A DNA stretch of 64,000 nucleotides, from contig NC_135655.1 in the NCBI RefSeq assembly GCF_964188315.1, positions 29,636,001-29,700,000 on the forward strand. The letters are read 5' to 3'. Source of the stretch: Podarcis muralis. Lineage: Eukaryota. Below, in pieces: positions 26,427 to 39,300 of the stretch (its first letter is position 1; the number at the start of each line of letters is the position of its first letter). The translations under genes were made by a program, and so were the position numbers. The notes beneath the pieces were generated by a model. The model made no database searches and was not told the origin of the DNA. It saw only the letters and a list, made by a program, of their open reading frames with translations.

Positions 26427-27370
26427 TAGAACTGAGCAAGGAAGAGCAGGAAGGAGACGAAACTAGAATGGGTTGGCTCTACCTCACACTGATCTTGGTG
26501 TGATGGGCTGTTGGCCTCCTTGACTTCTGCCTTGCCAGCTGCAATGGGCACCATTCACCACTCTCTCTCCCACTAAGTGGTGGGAAGTTAAGGCCAAATA
26601 TCACAAATGCAGATTTGCTTGCAGATTTGTTCTGGCAGCAGGTGTAGGATTGCCTCCTGTGTCATTTCGAGTGGTGTGTTTTTAAACATGCCCTATTGGT
26701 CAGATCGATCAGTTGCTCAGTGAAAGACAATAAGCTTCAGAGTGAGCCAGTAAAAATAGATCAGCTGTACCTTGAAGCTGTACTGATTTCTAGCCCTCCA
26801 TGAATTTAGAGCTATTGTATGCAAATATTTGATTCAGGATTATTAAACTGTGGCATCAAGAAAACAATTGTAGTGTCTCTGAGGTTACTCTTGATGCCAG
26901 TTTTGGCCACACTTCTATGGCTGGTAAATCCGCTTTGCTTTACTTAAAATTAACAGCACAAACTGAGGAGCACTTCTCAAGACACTTCCTAGGCAAAGTG
27001 CCACTGAGAACTTAACCAGACTTTAAAAAAATAAACCTATAATTGATCTGGTACCATCATTACACAGTCTTTGCTTTTCCTTATCTGTTTGCTACGTCCT
27101 AAGTTTATTTTGCATATTCCCTGATGGTCAATGCATTTTTGAAAAAACAAAACAAAACAGAAGACCTATGGTGTGGGTCTCTTTCTGAGGAGTTTGAACA
27201 AATGCAGTTGTATTGTAGGACTTGGCTGTAGTCAATGGATTATGTGATGTGCTCTGGGTGGAAACTGGAAGCATGTAGATATGGGTCATGGATAGTGTGG
27301 TGGTCAGGGATTATTTCTTAATTGACCAAAGGTAATATATATGCAGTAAAGAAAAAAGTCTTATTTTCAG

Positions 27371-30300
27371 ATGAACAGAATAAAGGTTGATGAGGAAGAA
27401 TACTGGCACAGTTCCAAGTGTAAAGCATTTACGTTTGATGATGAAGATGATGAGCTCTTTCAGGTACAGTTCCTAGTCAGAACAAACTGAGAATGCACTA
27501 TGCAGTGTCTCCTTGCCTGAAATGTTAAGGAAAGCAGAAATCTGCATATAGTGTAGTCATTTTAAAATTATTGATAGATATCTTTCCATTGAAGGAATTG
27601 TGAAAGTAAAATTGAGGAATTGCTATACAGTGGTACCTTGGGTTACGTTACCTTTGGGTAACGTAATTTCGAGTTACAAATGCGGCAAACCCAGAAATAT
27701 ATACTTCCGGGTTTCGCCGCATCCACAGAAGCGGCGCCTCCGCATGCGGACTTTTCGGGGTAAGTACGGACCCTGGGACAAATTAAGTTCGTATCTGGAG
27801 GATGCACTGTATTTATATGAGCAGGAAGTATCATGCATGATTGAATGTGTACACTTCACAAGATATGTGGCACAGAACTGGGATTCCTGATCATCTCATT
27901 CTTCACTCATTAGCAGAACACGTTTCTAGCCCTTGTGGTTGTGAAGATGTGCTTGAAAGTGAGCTTGCATCTGCAGGTTCAGAAAATTGGTGTTGTGCAG
28001 AAGCATATTTCCCTACATCATAGCCTCCAATAGTCCTTACTCCAGATATATATTTTAGTCTTTTCTTGCCACATCATTTTTTCAAAGACCTATTTTCCTG
28101 CTACTAAATTGTTCCCTGCCAAACCATTTTAATGTCTTATAAAAGTTGAAAAATGGGTACCCAATAAAGCAACGTAATAGTGCTGCAGGGCAAATAGGCC
28201 TTATTTTAAATGAGGTGTGAACTTGTCATATAACATTCTTTCACAATTTGCATCTGGTATATAAGGATTTGTTTGACTTTTTGTGGGTGGCATGTGTCTA
28301 TAAAACTTTTATCTACATTTTGAAATGAGTATTTTAGATTTTAAAAACTATTTAGAGGTCTTTTGTTGAGTAAGTGGTACAGTGGTACCCCGCAAGACGA
28401 ACGCCTCGCGAGACGAAAAACTCGCAAAACGAAAGGTTTTTTTCGTTTTCGAGTTGCCTCGCAAGACGAATTTCCCTATGGGCTTGCTTCGCAAAACGAA
28501 GCTTGCCCCGGGGACAGCGGGTCTTCTCTTTTGAAGCAAGGGGCGGCGGGGAGATCGCTTCTCCCCACCGCCCCTTGCTTCAAAAGAGGTCTGCCCCCGG
28601 ACCTCTTTTGAAGCAAGGGGCTGCGGGGAGATCGCTTCTCCCGGTGCTCCGAAGCGGGGTGGGGGGGGCGGGAACACCTGCCCCAGCCGCCGGGCTTCGT
28701 AGCGCTGCTGCGAAGCCGGGCGGGGGGCGGGAACACCTGCCCCAGCCACCCCGCTTCGGAACGCTGCTCCGAAGCGGGGTGGGGGGGGCGGGAACACCTG
28801 CCCCAGCCGCCGGGCTTCGTAGCGCTGCTGCGAAGCCGGGCGGGGGGCGGGAACACCTGCCCCAGCCACCCCGCTTCGGAACGCTGCTCCGAAGCGGGGT
28901 GGGGGGGGCGGGAACACCTGCCCCAGCCGCCGGGCTTTGTAGCGCTGCTGCGAAGCCGGGCGGGGGGCGGGAACACCTGCCCCAGCCACCCCGCTTCGGA
29001 ACGCTGCTCCGAAGCGGGGTGGGGGGGGCGGGAACACCTGCCCCAGCCGCCGGGCTTCGTAGCGCTGCTGCGAAGCCGGGCGGGGGGCGGGAACACCTGC
29101 CCCAGCCACCCCGCTTCGGAACGCTGCTCCGAAGCGAGGTGGGGGGGGGCGGGAACACTTGCCCCAGCCACCGGGCTTCGTAGCGCTGCTGCGAAGCCGG
29201 GCGGGGGGCGGGAACACCTGCCCCAGCCACCCCGCTTCGGAACGCTGCTCCGAAGTGGGGTGGGGGGGGCGGGAACACTTGCCCCAGCCACCGGGCTTCG
29301 TAGCGCTGCTGCGAAGCCGGGCGGGGGGCGGGAACACCTGCCCCAGCCACCCCGCTTCGGAACGCTGCTCCGAAGCGGGGTGGGGGGGGCGGGAACACTT
29401 GCCCCAGCCACCGGGCTTCGTAGCGCTGGTGCGAAGCTGGGCGGGGGGGGGGGCGGGAACACCTTCTGAAGGCGGGCGGGGGGCGAAAGTCTTTGTCCCC
29501 CCTGCCTGCCTTCCCAGGGGCTTTTAAATCGCCCCGGACAGCGGAGAACTCCTCCGCTGTCCCGGGGCGATTTTAAAATGCCGCCCGCCAGCATTTTAAG
29601 ATCGCCCGGACAGCGGAGAAGTCCTCCGCTGTCCCAGGGTTTTTTAAAATGCTGGGGGTGGGAAGAAAAGCCCTTGTCCCCCCCCCCCCCAGCCTTCAGA
29701 AGAGGTCCGGGGACAGTCTGTCCCCGGACCTGGTCTGAAGGCGGTTTCCCTAGGAACGCATTACTTGATTTTCAATGCATTCCTATGGGAAACCGTGCAT
29801 CGCAAGACGAAAAAACCGCAAGACGAAGAGACTTGCGGAACGAATTAATTTCGTCTTGCGAGGCACCACTGTATATAAATTTTGATGGATAAATAAATTC
29901 AGCTTGTGCACAAACATAGAATACATCTGTTCTTGGGATACCGGTTCTTTAGAATGAAAGTGTACAGTCTATCTGGATGGAATAGGGCTTGCCTTCATTT
30001 TCACTTTGGTTTTGTTCATAGCTGAAGGAGTCAAAACGAACAGTGAACAGCCTCCGAGATATTGTAGATGATGACGATGATCTTGAGAAGTTCAGCTGGA
30101 GTGGGGAGCCTGTGGGCAGTAAGTGGAGCAGAATGTTTTTGCATCTATCACCCATTCTTTGAATCTGAATTTGATTATTGCTGCCCTCTGTCAAGAAAAA
30201 TCTCATTAGAGCTACACCTACTAGGAAATATGGCCTAGTGAGGTTTAGTATGCTTAATGTTGAGCAGGAAAAGTGTCTAATAGTTTCATACATTACCACA

Positions 30301-33300
30301 ATTGTTTATTTTGCCTATTTCGTGCTTGAATTCCCCCTACCTCTGTTTCTGACAAACAAATGCAGGGAATAAAATGACTGCTTCTTTCAAAAACAAGTAG
30401 ATTGATGGTACATGGGGGGGGGGGCAGGAATCCAAACCATGGTGTGTTTTGTGAAAACCCAGCTTGTTCCCTTCACTCATTCTTCACTACTTACCCCAAA
30501 TCCTGAGTGCATCATTCCTATGAGCCTCCCTATCAAAGAATTTCCCATGAAGGTAGTCTGTGCTTTGAATATTCCTGATTTTCCTCTGTTTTCCATATGT
30601 TTTCCAAGAAAGAGTTTTTTAAATATCAAGGGTAGTTTAAGAGTTAAATGTCTCTTATGAGGTGATGATTTAGAAAAGTAAAACATGAGAGCTAGGCCCA
30701 AAAATCATGTATTCCAGAATCAATAACCCTTCTCTGCTCTAGAATTTTAAAGGCCTCATCTTATACTTGCTAGAGAATTTACTCAGATTGTGGTCTTTTT
30801 CTCTCCATAGGCATTTCCTGGTCAATCAAGGAGACCGCCTCCAGCAGCAACAATAGTGCTGAGGGAAGAGACTTGGGTGGGCAAAGAGGCTCTTCTTCAT
30901 ACGGAGCATTTCCCAAGCAAGCCTCTTCTTACTCACTGAGCAGCTTTTTCAAAGGTAGGACCTTTACTGGGACTTAGAATCACAGAATTGTAGAATTGGA
31001 AAGTACCCTGCAAGTTTTCTAGTCCAGCCTCCTGCAATGCAGGAATCCCAACTAAAGCATCCCTGACAGATGACCATCCAAGGAAGGAGAGATCGCTAGC
31101 TGCCAAGGGAGTCCATTGCACTGTTGAACAGTTCTTACCATCAGAAAGTTCTTCCTGATATTTAGTTGGAATCTCCTTTCTTGTAACTTAAATTCATTGG
31201 TTCAGGTCCTATCCTATTTCTTCCATGTGACAGCCCTTGAGATATTTGAAGATGATCCAAAGGGTGTACAATTATATTCTGATTCTTTTTATTTGGTTTT
31301 GCTATTAGTATAAAAATGGGGAATTCGTGGAAGGGAATTTGGGTCGACCTTAGAAAAAGGTTTTAAGAAGGAGTATTGACGTATAAAGACTGATGTATAT
31401 AAGGTAAAATTGGATACATAAAATGAATTAAATATAATAATGAACTAAATATAATAAGGTTAAAAATTGGGGATAAGAACTTGTTGAACTAATAAATGGA
31501 ATACAAGAAGGGGAGGCATGGGGAAGTCGTGGAAATAGGTTATTGAAAATAAGGATTGTAAATGTTGAGTCTTTTTAAAAAAATTTCTTTTTTCTGGACT
31601 TTTTTTGAAAATTTCAATAAATATCTTTTTTTTTAAAAAAAGAGAGATATTTGAAGATGGCTACCATATCCCAGGCTAAACATACCCAACTCAACCATTC
31701 CTTATAAGGCTTGGTTTCCAGACCCTTAATAATCTTGGTCGCCTTCCTCTGCATATGATCCAGCTTGTCAATACCCTTCTTAAATTGTGACTCCCAGAAC
31801 TGGACACAGTATTCCTAGATGTGTAATGGGTTTTCAGTGTGTGGTGATGAATCTACCTTTCTTAGCCTTTCTTACTTGCTCTTTCTTTTCAGGAAGAAAC
31901 AAACATGGGAGCTTTCAGTCACTTTCAGATGGTAAGAATCTAGATCTTTGTCCCCAGATTGCTTGAATAGTCGGCTTCTCCTTGCACAACACAGTGGAAA
32001 TTGGCTCCACTTTCTCCATTTCCCTGGCTAAAATTCTGACCATCTCTCTCCTTGAGTACTGCAACCTGCTTCTTTCTGGCTTTCCCTTCCCATCAGAGTA
32101 CTTCCATATCTATTCAGAGTCCTACTTCCCAAACAGAATATATGGGAAGGTAGCTAACAGAGAGTAGCCTCAGAGATCATTATATAACTGTACCCTTGAA
32201 GCTGGCACTCCTTGCTCCCTTTTGGCTTTTAGAAAGAAGGTGATAAGTTGTGTTTGTTGCGGTTTAGTCATCCAGGATTTTCGTTCTAATGTTTTTACAA
32301 CTTCTGGTTGTAACTGATGCTGTTTTATTGTGACTTCATAATTTTGATGGTGCTTCTGTTCCAAATGCAGTGTTTTTGAGCTACTTGGTGGACCAAAATG
32401 ACATGGAAAGGAGGGCTCTAAATTGTGTGGTTTTTTAATAAAAAAATGCTGTTGTTCTCTCTTCAGCTCTTACAGACACAGGATTTAAAAGTTACGCCCC
32501 AGAACTGCGCAGACCAAAAGCAGACTACAAGGTAGGTATATTTTTGGTAGCCTGGATTCAGGACAACATTAAGGGGGAAAGGGTTTGAAGCTGCAAACAC
32601 TCCTCTTCTTCGCCAAGGGCTGCTCTCTGGATGCTCACTCCACAGAGACTAGGGCTGTGATGCTGTGCATGCTTATTTGAGTGTAAGCCTCATTGAACAT
32701 ACTTGGATGATGTCAGGAGGTTTACAGCACAATCCTGTGCATGTTCCACTCTGTTCAAGTGGTACTTGCTCCCAGGTACTGGTTCACAGAATTGCTGTCT
32801 TAGAAGCTCTCTACCTTTAATAAGCAAGGAGATTCTCTCTAGTGGGTGGAAAAGGAAAATGGGGAACCATGCTCCTGCATTGTCCCTTTTCTGGAAACTG
32901 CCATCATAACAATGTATTAATTTTGTCCATTTAAATAATGGATAGCAAATCTCACTGAACATGTTGGCATCAGGGACAACTAATGTGTAGTGGGCATCAA
33001 CCTTTATTTTTTTACATTTATATTCTGCCTTTCATCCAGCCTGGAACCCAGGGTGGCTTACATGGGGTTTCCAGGCAGTCTCTGCACTGATCAGACCCAA
33101 ACCTACTTAGCTTCTGCAAGGTGGTAGCCTTATGGGGCCTTCAGACCATACCCAGGGACCATGCAGCTCTTCGACTTTCTTTCACTGTCAGTGACCAGCG
33201 GCATAGCCTGGCACGATACACATTCAATTTTAAGCCAATCCTAATGCATGGCAGACCATATGCACACCCCCCCGCAGGCTTGCAGCCCTTTACTTGCAGA

Positions 33301-36300
33301 ACATCTTAAATATGTCATCCCTCCCACAAAGCTGTCTTCACAGGCTGTGGCTGCTTTTATTGTGCTGTGTTCCAGACATGTCTTGGGTGCTTTTGCAAGC
33401 AATACTAGTCGCAAATGACTCTCCTATGAGTCATTTGATGGGATGCAAGCAATGTTACTTCTCGCACCCCACTGTTGGGGTATCTCAATCATACATATAA
33501 GACGAAGGAGTTTGTCCTAATCTGTGCTTCTCAAAATATTTTGAGTGTTAAAGGCATCATGGTTTTGTTTTGTTACATTTCAGGATTACAGCAGTGACTG
33601 GAGCCCTAAAGACACAGTAAGGCGGCTGCAGAGAGGCAAGGTGAGACATCTTCCCTGCTTCTGAAAGGGCCAACCTTTGAATTTTTGGGTGGTGCTCCCA
33701 TGCATATCCATTTCTTCTGCTCCTGCATGTCAACGCTGGAGATGTGGCTGTTGGTGGCTTTTCAGAGTTCTCTGTAAAGAACAGCCCTGTAATTTCCCTG
33801 TCTGAAAAGGAGGAGTTGAGGTCCTGCAAATGTCAGGAATGCCAGGGGATTATAGCAGAGGTAGCAGTCTCTGCTCCATAATTGAAGCATGTCCCAAATG
33901 GCAAGGAATAATATGTTATTTCACTGACAGCTTTGGAGCAGGTATCCTGAGAAAGCATCCATAGATCTGGTGCAGGGCTCTTGATGCTTTCCGTTGGTAG
34001 ATCAAAGGGGAACTAAGTTATTTTTTGTGAATATAGAGGTAGTACATAAGCTGCTCCTGGCTGCTTTAGAACTGGCAATGAGCTGATATGCCACACAACA
34101 TCTGTGTTTAGGAAACCTTTCTGTAACCTTTAGAAAGTGAATTCTTTGTTCCATTTTAGTCTTAGAGGTTAGGATGAGAAATTGGGGGTATAAGAAAGGA
34201 AAGTTCCCAGGGGCTATAAAGGCAACTACCAGCTCATCAGTTTATACAGAGCTGATAGTTTATCAGCTCTGTAGATTTAGGCCAGGGGTAGTCAACCTTT
34301 TTGTACCTACCGCCCACTAATGCATCTTTCTTGATAGTTAAATTTCCTTACCACCCACCAGTGCTCGATGGAAGGAGGATTCAGCTTGTGCCGTAGAACC
34401 CCCTACCGCCCACCTAGAATCCTGAAATGCCCACTAGTGGGCAGTAGGGACCAGGTTGACAAGCCCTGATTTAGACAGTGGGTTCCTAACAGAGACTTTG
34501 CGTAGTGATCTAAGGCCTGCAGTTGGGATAGAATGACCAAAATTCTTTTTCTGAAAGAGGATTCCTGTTGTACAAATCCCCAGTAAGGACTACCTCTCAG
34601 TGTGTGTATCTGCTCACATTGCAAATTCATGGACATAGAAGCACATGATAAGCTGTGTCTTGGTGGCTCAGAATAATTTTAATTGTGCCAAGACTACCAC
34701 TCTGGCAACAAAGGCTTCCATTGGTATGTTTTGGCTCCTGAACCGCATGGAGAACAAATGACACATACAAATGATTAACCAAGTGCAGCTCCACTTCTGA
34801 GGAGTTTTATGATGAGCCACCTGTGTAGCTGTCTGTCTGAAGCAGGCCTCCACTCAGATAATCCAGGTTCCTCTCTAATCCTTCCATTATTCTCATTCCG
34901 TTCTAGATCTGCTCACTGGAGAGGTTTCACTCCCTACAGGACAAGCTGCAGCTACTGGATGAAGCTGTTGCAGTGCATGATGGGAATGTCATTACAGCCG
35001 TAAGTGCTGTGATCTTAAAATGTAGGGCAGAACAGGATGGGAGATACATGGCTACAGCCTAGTATGATCCCATTAACTTCTGGTTCTGTGGCCATTTGCA
35101 TCTGAATGTGGGGGGTTTTACAATCAGTTTTCATATATTGGTTCTGATTAGCTGGAATTGAGTTTTAGATACTGGTTTCGTTGATCATTGGAAATATTAG
35201 GTTGCATTTTAGGAGACAAGGCATTTCCTTAACTTCCCTTGCCTCCAAGGATATGAGGTATAAATGAACCTTATGAAGCTCTTTGAATATTTTCCCTAAA
35301 ATGTCCCAAGGTCCAGATGCCATGTAAATGTTTAGGTTTCTAACGCAGCAGAAAAACGCAAGTGTGCTTTTTCATATACAAGGTTCCACTATAAGTCACC
35401 TCCCAATTAGGTTAATGAGATGGGAAAGATTATTTCCCTGACGCCTTTGAGAACTTCTGCCTGGCTAGTTTATTCTCCTGGGTTTTGTAGGCCACTAGCT
35501 TTACCATGCGTATGAAATCAGTTTCTCTCCAATTCTGGGCAGATACCACAAATCAGGAGGGACGCGGGTGGCGCTGTGGGTAAAAGCCTCAGCGCCTAGG
35601 GCTTGCCGATCGAAAGGTTGGCGGTTCGAATCCCCGCGGCGGGGTGCGCTCCCGTTGCTCGGTCCCAGCGCCTGCCAACCTAGCAGTTCGAAAGTACCCC
35701 CGGGTGCAAGTAGATAAATAGGGACCGCTTTCTAGCGGGAAGGTAAACGGCGTTTCCGTGTGCGGCTCTGGCTCGCCAGAGCAGCGATGTCACGCTGGCC
35801 ACGTGACCCGGAAGTGTCTCCGGACAGCGCTGGCCCCTGGCCTATAGAGTGAGATGGGCGCACAACCCCAGAGTCTGGCAAGACTGGCCCGTACGGGCAG
35901 GGGTACCTTTACCTTTACCTTTACCACAAATCAGATGCTGTCGCATCTGCTTCCTAAGCAACCATTTCCAGTTATGCCTCAGGATTGTGGCAGAAAATAA
36001 GCACCTTGTTGTCCATTTTCTTTCAGATCCTAATATTTCTGAAGAGAACCTTGAAGAAAGGTATGTGTGCCTGAAAAGTGGCTAGACCCAGTGGCAGGGG
36101 GCCAGGGCAGATTGGCTGTCTTTCCAGACCATTAAGATTACTACTTTTTTTTGCCTCCTTATCACAGCATTTGTGTTCATCATAATTTTAGTGCCAACAA
36201 CTAGAAGGGGATAGCTTTGTTTGGAGTGGGAGGGGAACAGCCTTGCTGCAGAGGTTGACTATAGCGGCACTTTACTAAGCATGGAGAGATTGGGGGATGA

Positions 36301-39300
36301 GGATTGTTGTCACTCACCATCAGAGATCTGATGAGTACCATTTGTGCATCACGTTCTAGACCAGGCTTCCTCAGCCTCAGCCCTCCAGATGTTTTTGGCC
36401 TACAACTCCCATGATCTCTAGCTAGCAGGACCAGTGGTCAGGGATGGTGGGAATTGTAGTCTCAAAACATCTGGAGGGCCAAGGTTGAGGAAGCCTGTTC
36501 TAGACAGCATTATTGCAGCTGACATATTGGGAGGGAGTGGTGGATGGAGAAGGAGCTGCACTTCCTCTGTGGCAATATTTTGCCTTTTGGATGGTTGGAA
36601 AATGCAATTTATTCACCTTGGAAATGGTGCCTTGACACAGACATTTGGGATCCAAGTAAGCCACTGAGTTGACAAAAGGCTGCCTCAGGTGACCGATTAG
36701 CACTGACATTTGGATTCAGTGCCCAAAATCAATAACTTGATTAATCCAAGAGGGCCACAGTTTAGGCTTTCACCTGTTCTGACAAACCATATGATGACAA
36801 CTGTGTGCATCCCAGACCATTAGCCACCTGTATTATTGGAAATGAAATCTATTAAGATAAAAGAAAGTGCCATCTTCCTGCTAGTACCTGATGTGAATGA
36901 GAATGATTCACTCCTGACCAGGCCAGTCAAGCACTTCTTGTCTGTTCATCCAGAAATCCTGTTCAGAGAGCTGGAGCTGCGGCAGGTGGCCTTGCGCCAT
37001 TTAATACACTTTCTCAAGGAAACAGGGGACCAAAAACTCCTCCTGGACCTGCTGAGGTAAGATCCCAATGGAGCAATTCTTGTTTTGTAGGGCAGTTTTA
37101 CCTGCCAAGTAATATGTATAAAAATGCATATGCTAGAGTCAAATGTACGTAAAAACTCTTATATCAGTGAAAATAAGATACAATGATGCATTATATTCAG
37201 TTGTTTTGCGAGAATGTGTATTTTGGAGCAAAAATAGAAAATTTGTTTATTAGCAGAAATTCACAGTCAAATGCTGATGAATTTTCAAGAGGACTTAAAA
37301 AAAATCACAAACTAATGTGAAAATCTGGGGAACTGAATTTTAAGAATGGAAGAATGAGAAACTGAAATGGAGAGATTTGCCCATCCTTAGTGCTTAGCAG
37401 GACTGATGCTTGTTTTTCCTCTGCAGGTTCCTGGACAGGACAGAGGAGGTTGCAGTGAGTATCCATCATGCCCTGGCTCACTTCTTATTTATAGGAAACA
37501 AAGATGTCCTGAGACATCCACTCAGGGCTGGCCCCAGCAAACTGAAGCAGCTGCCTCAGGTGGCAGAATCCCATGGGGTAGTACCCCACAAGCATTCCTG
37601 CTGCTGCCAGGGTTGCAGGATGGCTTCTGGTGGGATCTTGCCAGAAGCCACAGCCACATAACCCCAGGAAGCGAGGCTTCAGCTGCAGGGAGGCGGCAAC
37701 ACCTTCCCATTGCACCTCAGTTGGCGAAACGGGACAGGCCACCCCTGTATCCATTCAGTATATATTTACTCTGCACATCCTACTAGTTTAAGTCAACCCT
37801 TCTTGAGCCTGCTGTGTGTGTGTGTTCCTGCCTTCTCCAGCTGACACAGTACCGTGAGCACCTGATGATCCAGGATGTGGAGAAACGAAAGGAGTTTCTG
37901 AAAGGTTGCGTTGGGTAAGTAGGTTATGCAGACATTAGTTTTTATAGGATGAAATGAGTTTGAGCCCTAGACGTGAGGTGATTGCCAGTAAGCAGAATGG
38001 CCTTACTGTTCCCACAAACCAGGAAGGGGAAGAGCAATGAAGAAAAGCTTTAAAATTTAGAAAAATTGTGACAGCAGTCCCTAACATGACGTTAGATGTG
38101 GAGAAATGAATAGAGAGACATTTCTCTCTCTCTCTCCTAGTACTAGAACCCAGGACCATCCAGTGAAGCTGAACAGTGGTAGGTTCAGGACAGACAAAAG
38201 TAGGATTGGGGAACCTGTGGCTTCCAGTTGTTGTTGGACTCTTTAACTTCCATCAGCCCTAGTCAATAGGACCAGTGGTCAAGGATGATGGGAGCTGTTG
38301 TCCAGGAACATTTGGAGGGCCAGAGGTCCCCCAACCCTGTTAAAGATCTTAGGGCCAATCCCTGGCATTTCCCAGTAGGCCAGAAATTGAAAGCAGCTCA
38401 TTTTTAGGGTGGGCAGGGAGCTCCAAAAATAACCACCAACGTAGTTCATAATTTACGCTTCAAGATTGTCATGCACAACAACCCAATTGGAACTAAGGAT
38501 GGACAAAATCAGCAAACCAAAGGGAGGGAGAAATCCAAAACTGAAGAGAAACTCTTCTCCAATTTAGGTTACCATTTTCATTGGAAGATGCTGCTCATGT
38601 TCAAGACCATTATACGCTTCTGGAGAGGCAGATCATCATTGAGGTAAGGTCTCTTGCTCCGCCTTTGGGCACATGTGACTGGGAGTTCTCCCTCCTGACT
38701 CTGATCTGTTTGTTGTAACACCAAAGCTTCCTACTTGGATTGAAAGGGGGGAAATTACTGGGGGCTTGGCTTAATCAAGCAAGTCACATCTGGGATGTAG
38801 GATGGCTTCCTTGCTGTAGCCAGTCCATCATGATAGATGCTGAGAGACTGTTTAGCCTTCAGGTCATGCTGATAACTTACAGCCCTGCACTGATTTATAA
38901 GACTTGGCTGTAAAAGATTACAATTCTTGCTTTTAAAGAAACAACCTGAAACTCCTACTGTTATTAATAATAAGTAATATGCCATTGGAAGCCTGTCTTT
39001 AATTATTTTTATTTTATTTCTGCTATTTGTATACCACTTAACCACCAAAGTTTCTAAGTGGTATACATAAAGATTACAAAAAGCATCCAGTGGATAAAAT
39101 CATACAGTGGCTCTGTCTCTGATAACCTTCCACTGGCAGGCATTTTTAGACAAGCTTCGGGCATATGGTGTCTGGTATGGCTGTTGTCAGTTTGCTGAAA
39201 TTGTTTCAACAATGTTTATCAATTTTATTGTTGTGTTTTACCTGTCTTTACCGCTGCATTTTTGTGTTTTGTGTCTTCTTGTTAGCTGCCTTGAGCACCA

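Noticed and set aside
28348-29594. Long ORFs of 269-372 aa on both strands
   Set aside because: They are translations of the 120-bp GC-rich minisatellite (a multiple of 3, stop-free). The peptides are purely repetitive and lie inside a MITE in an intron.
34430-34447. Second CTCF-like motif CCACTAGTGGGCAG in a hAT MITE
   Set aside because: Mismatch at a core purine position; much weaker than 43799.
35797-35818. CACGTGAC E-box/CLEAR plus ETS motif in an endolysosomal gene
   Set aside because: It is internal sequence of the Sauria SINE and is not specific to this locus.
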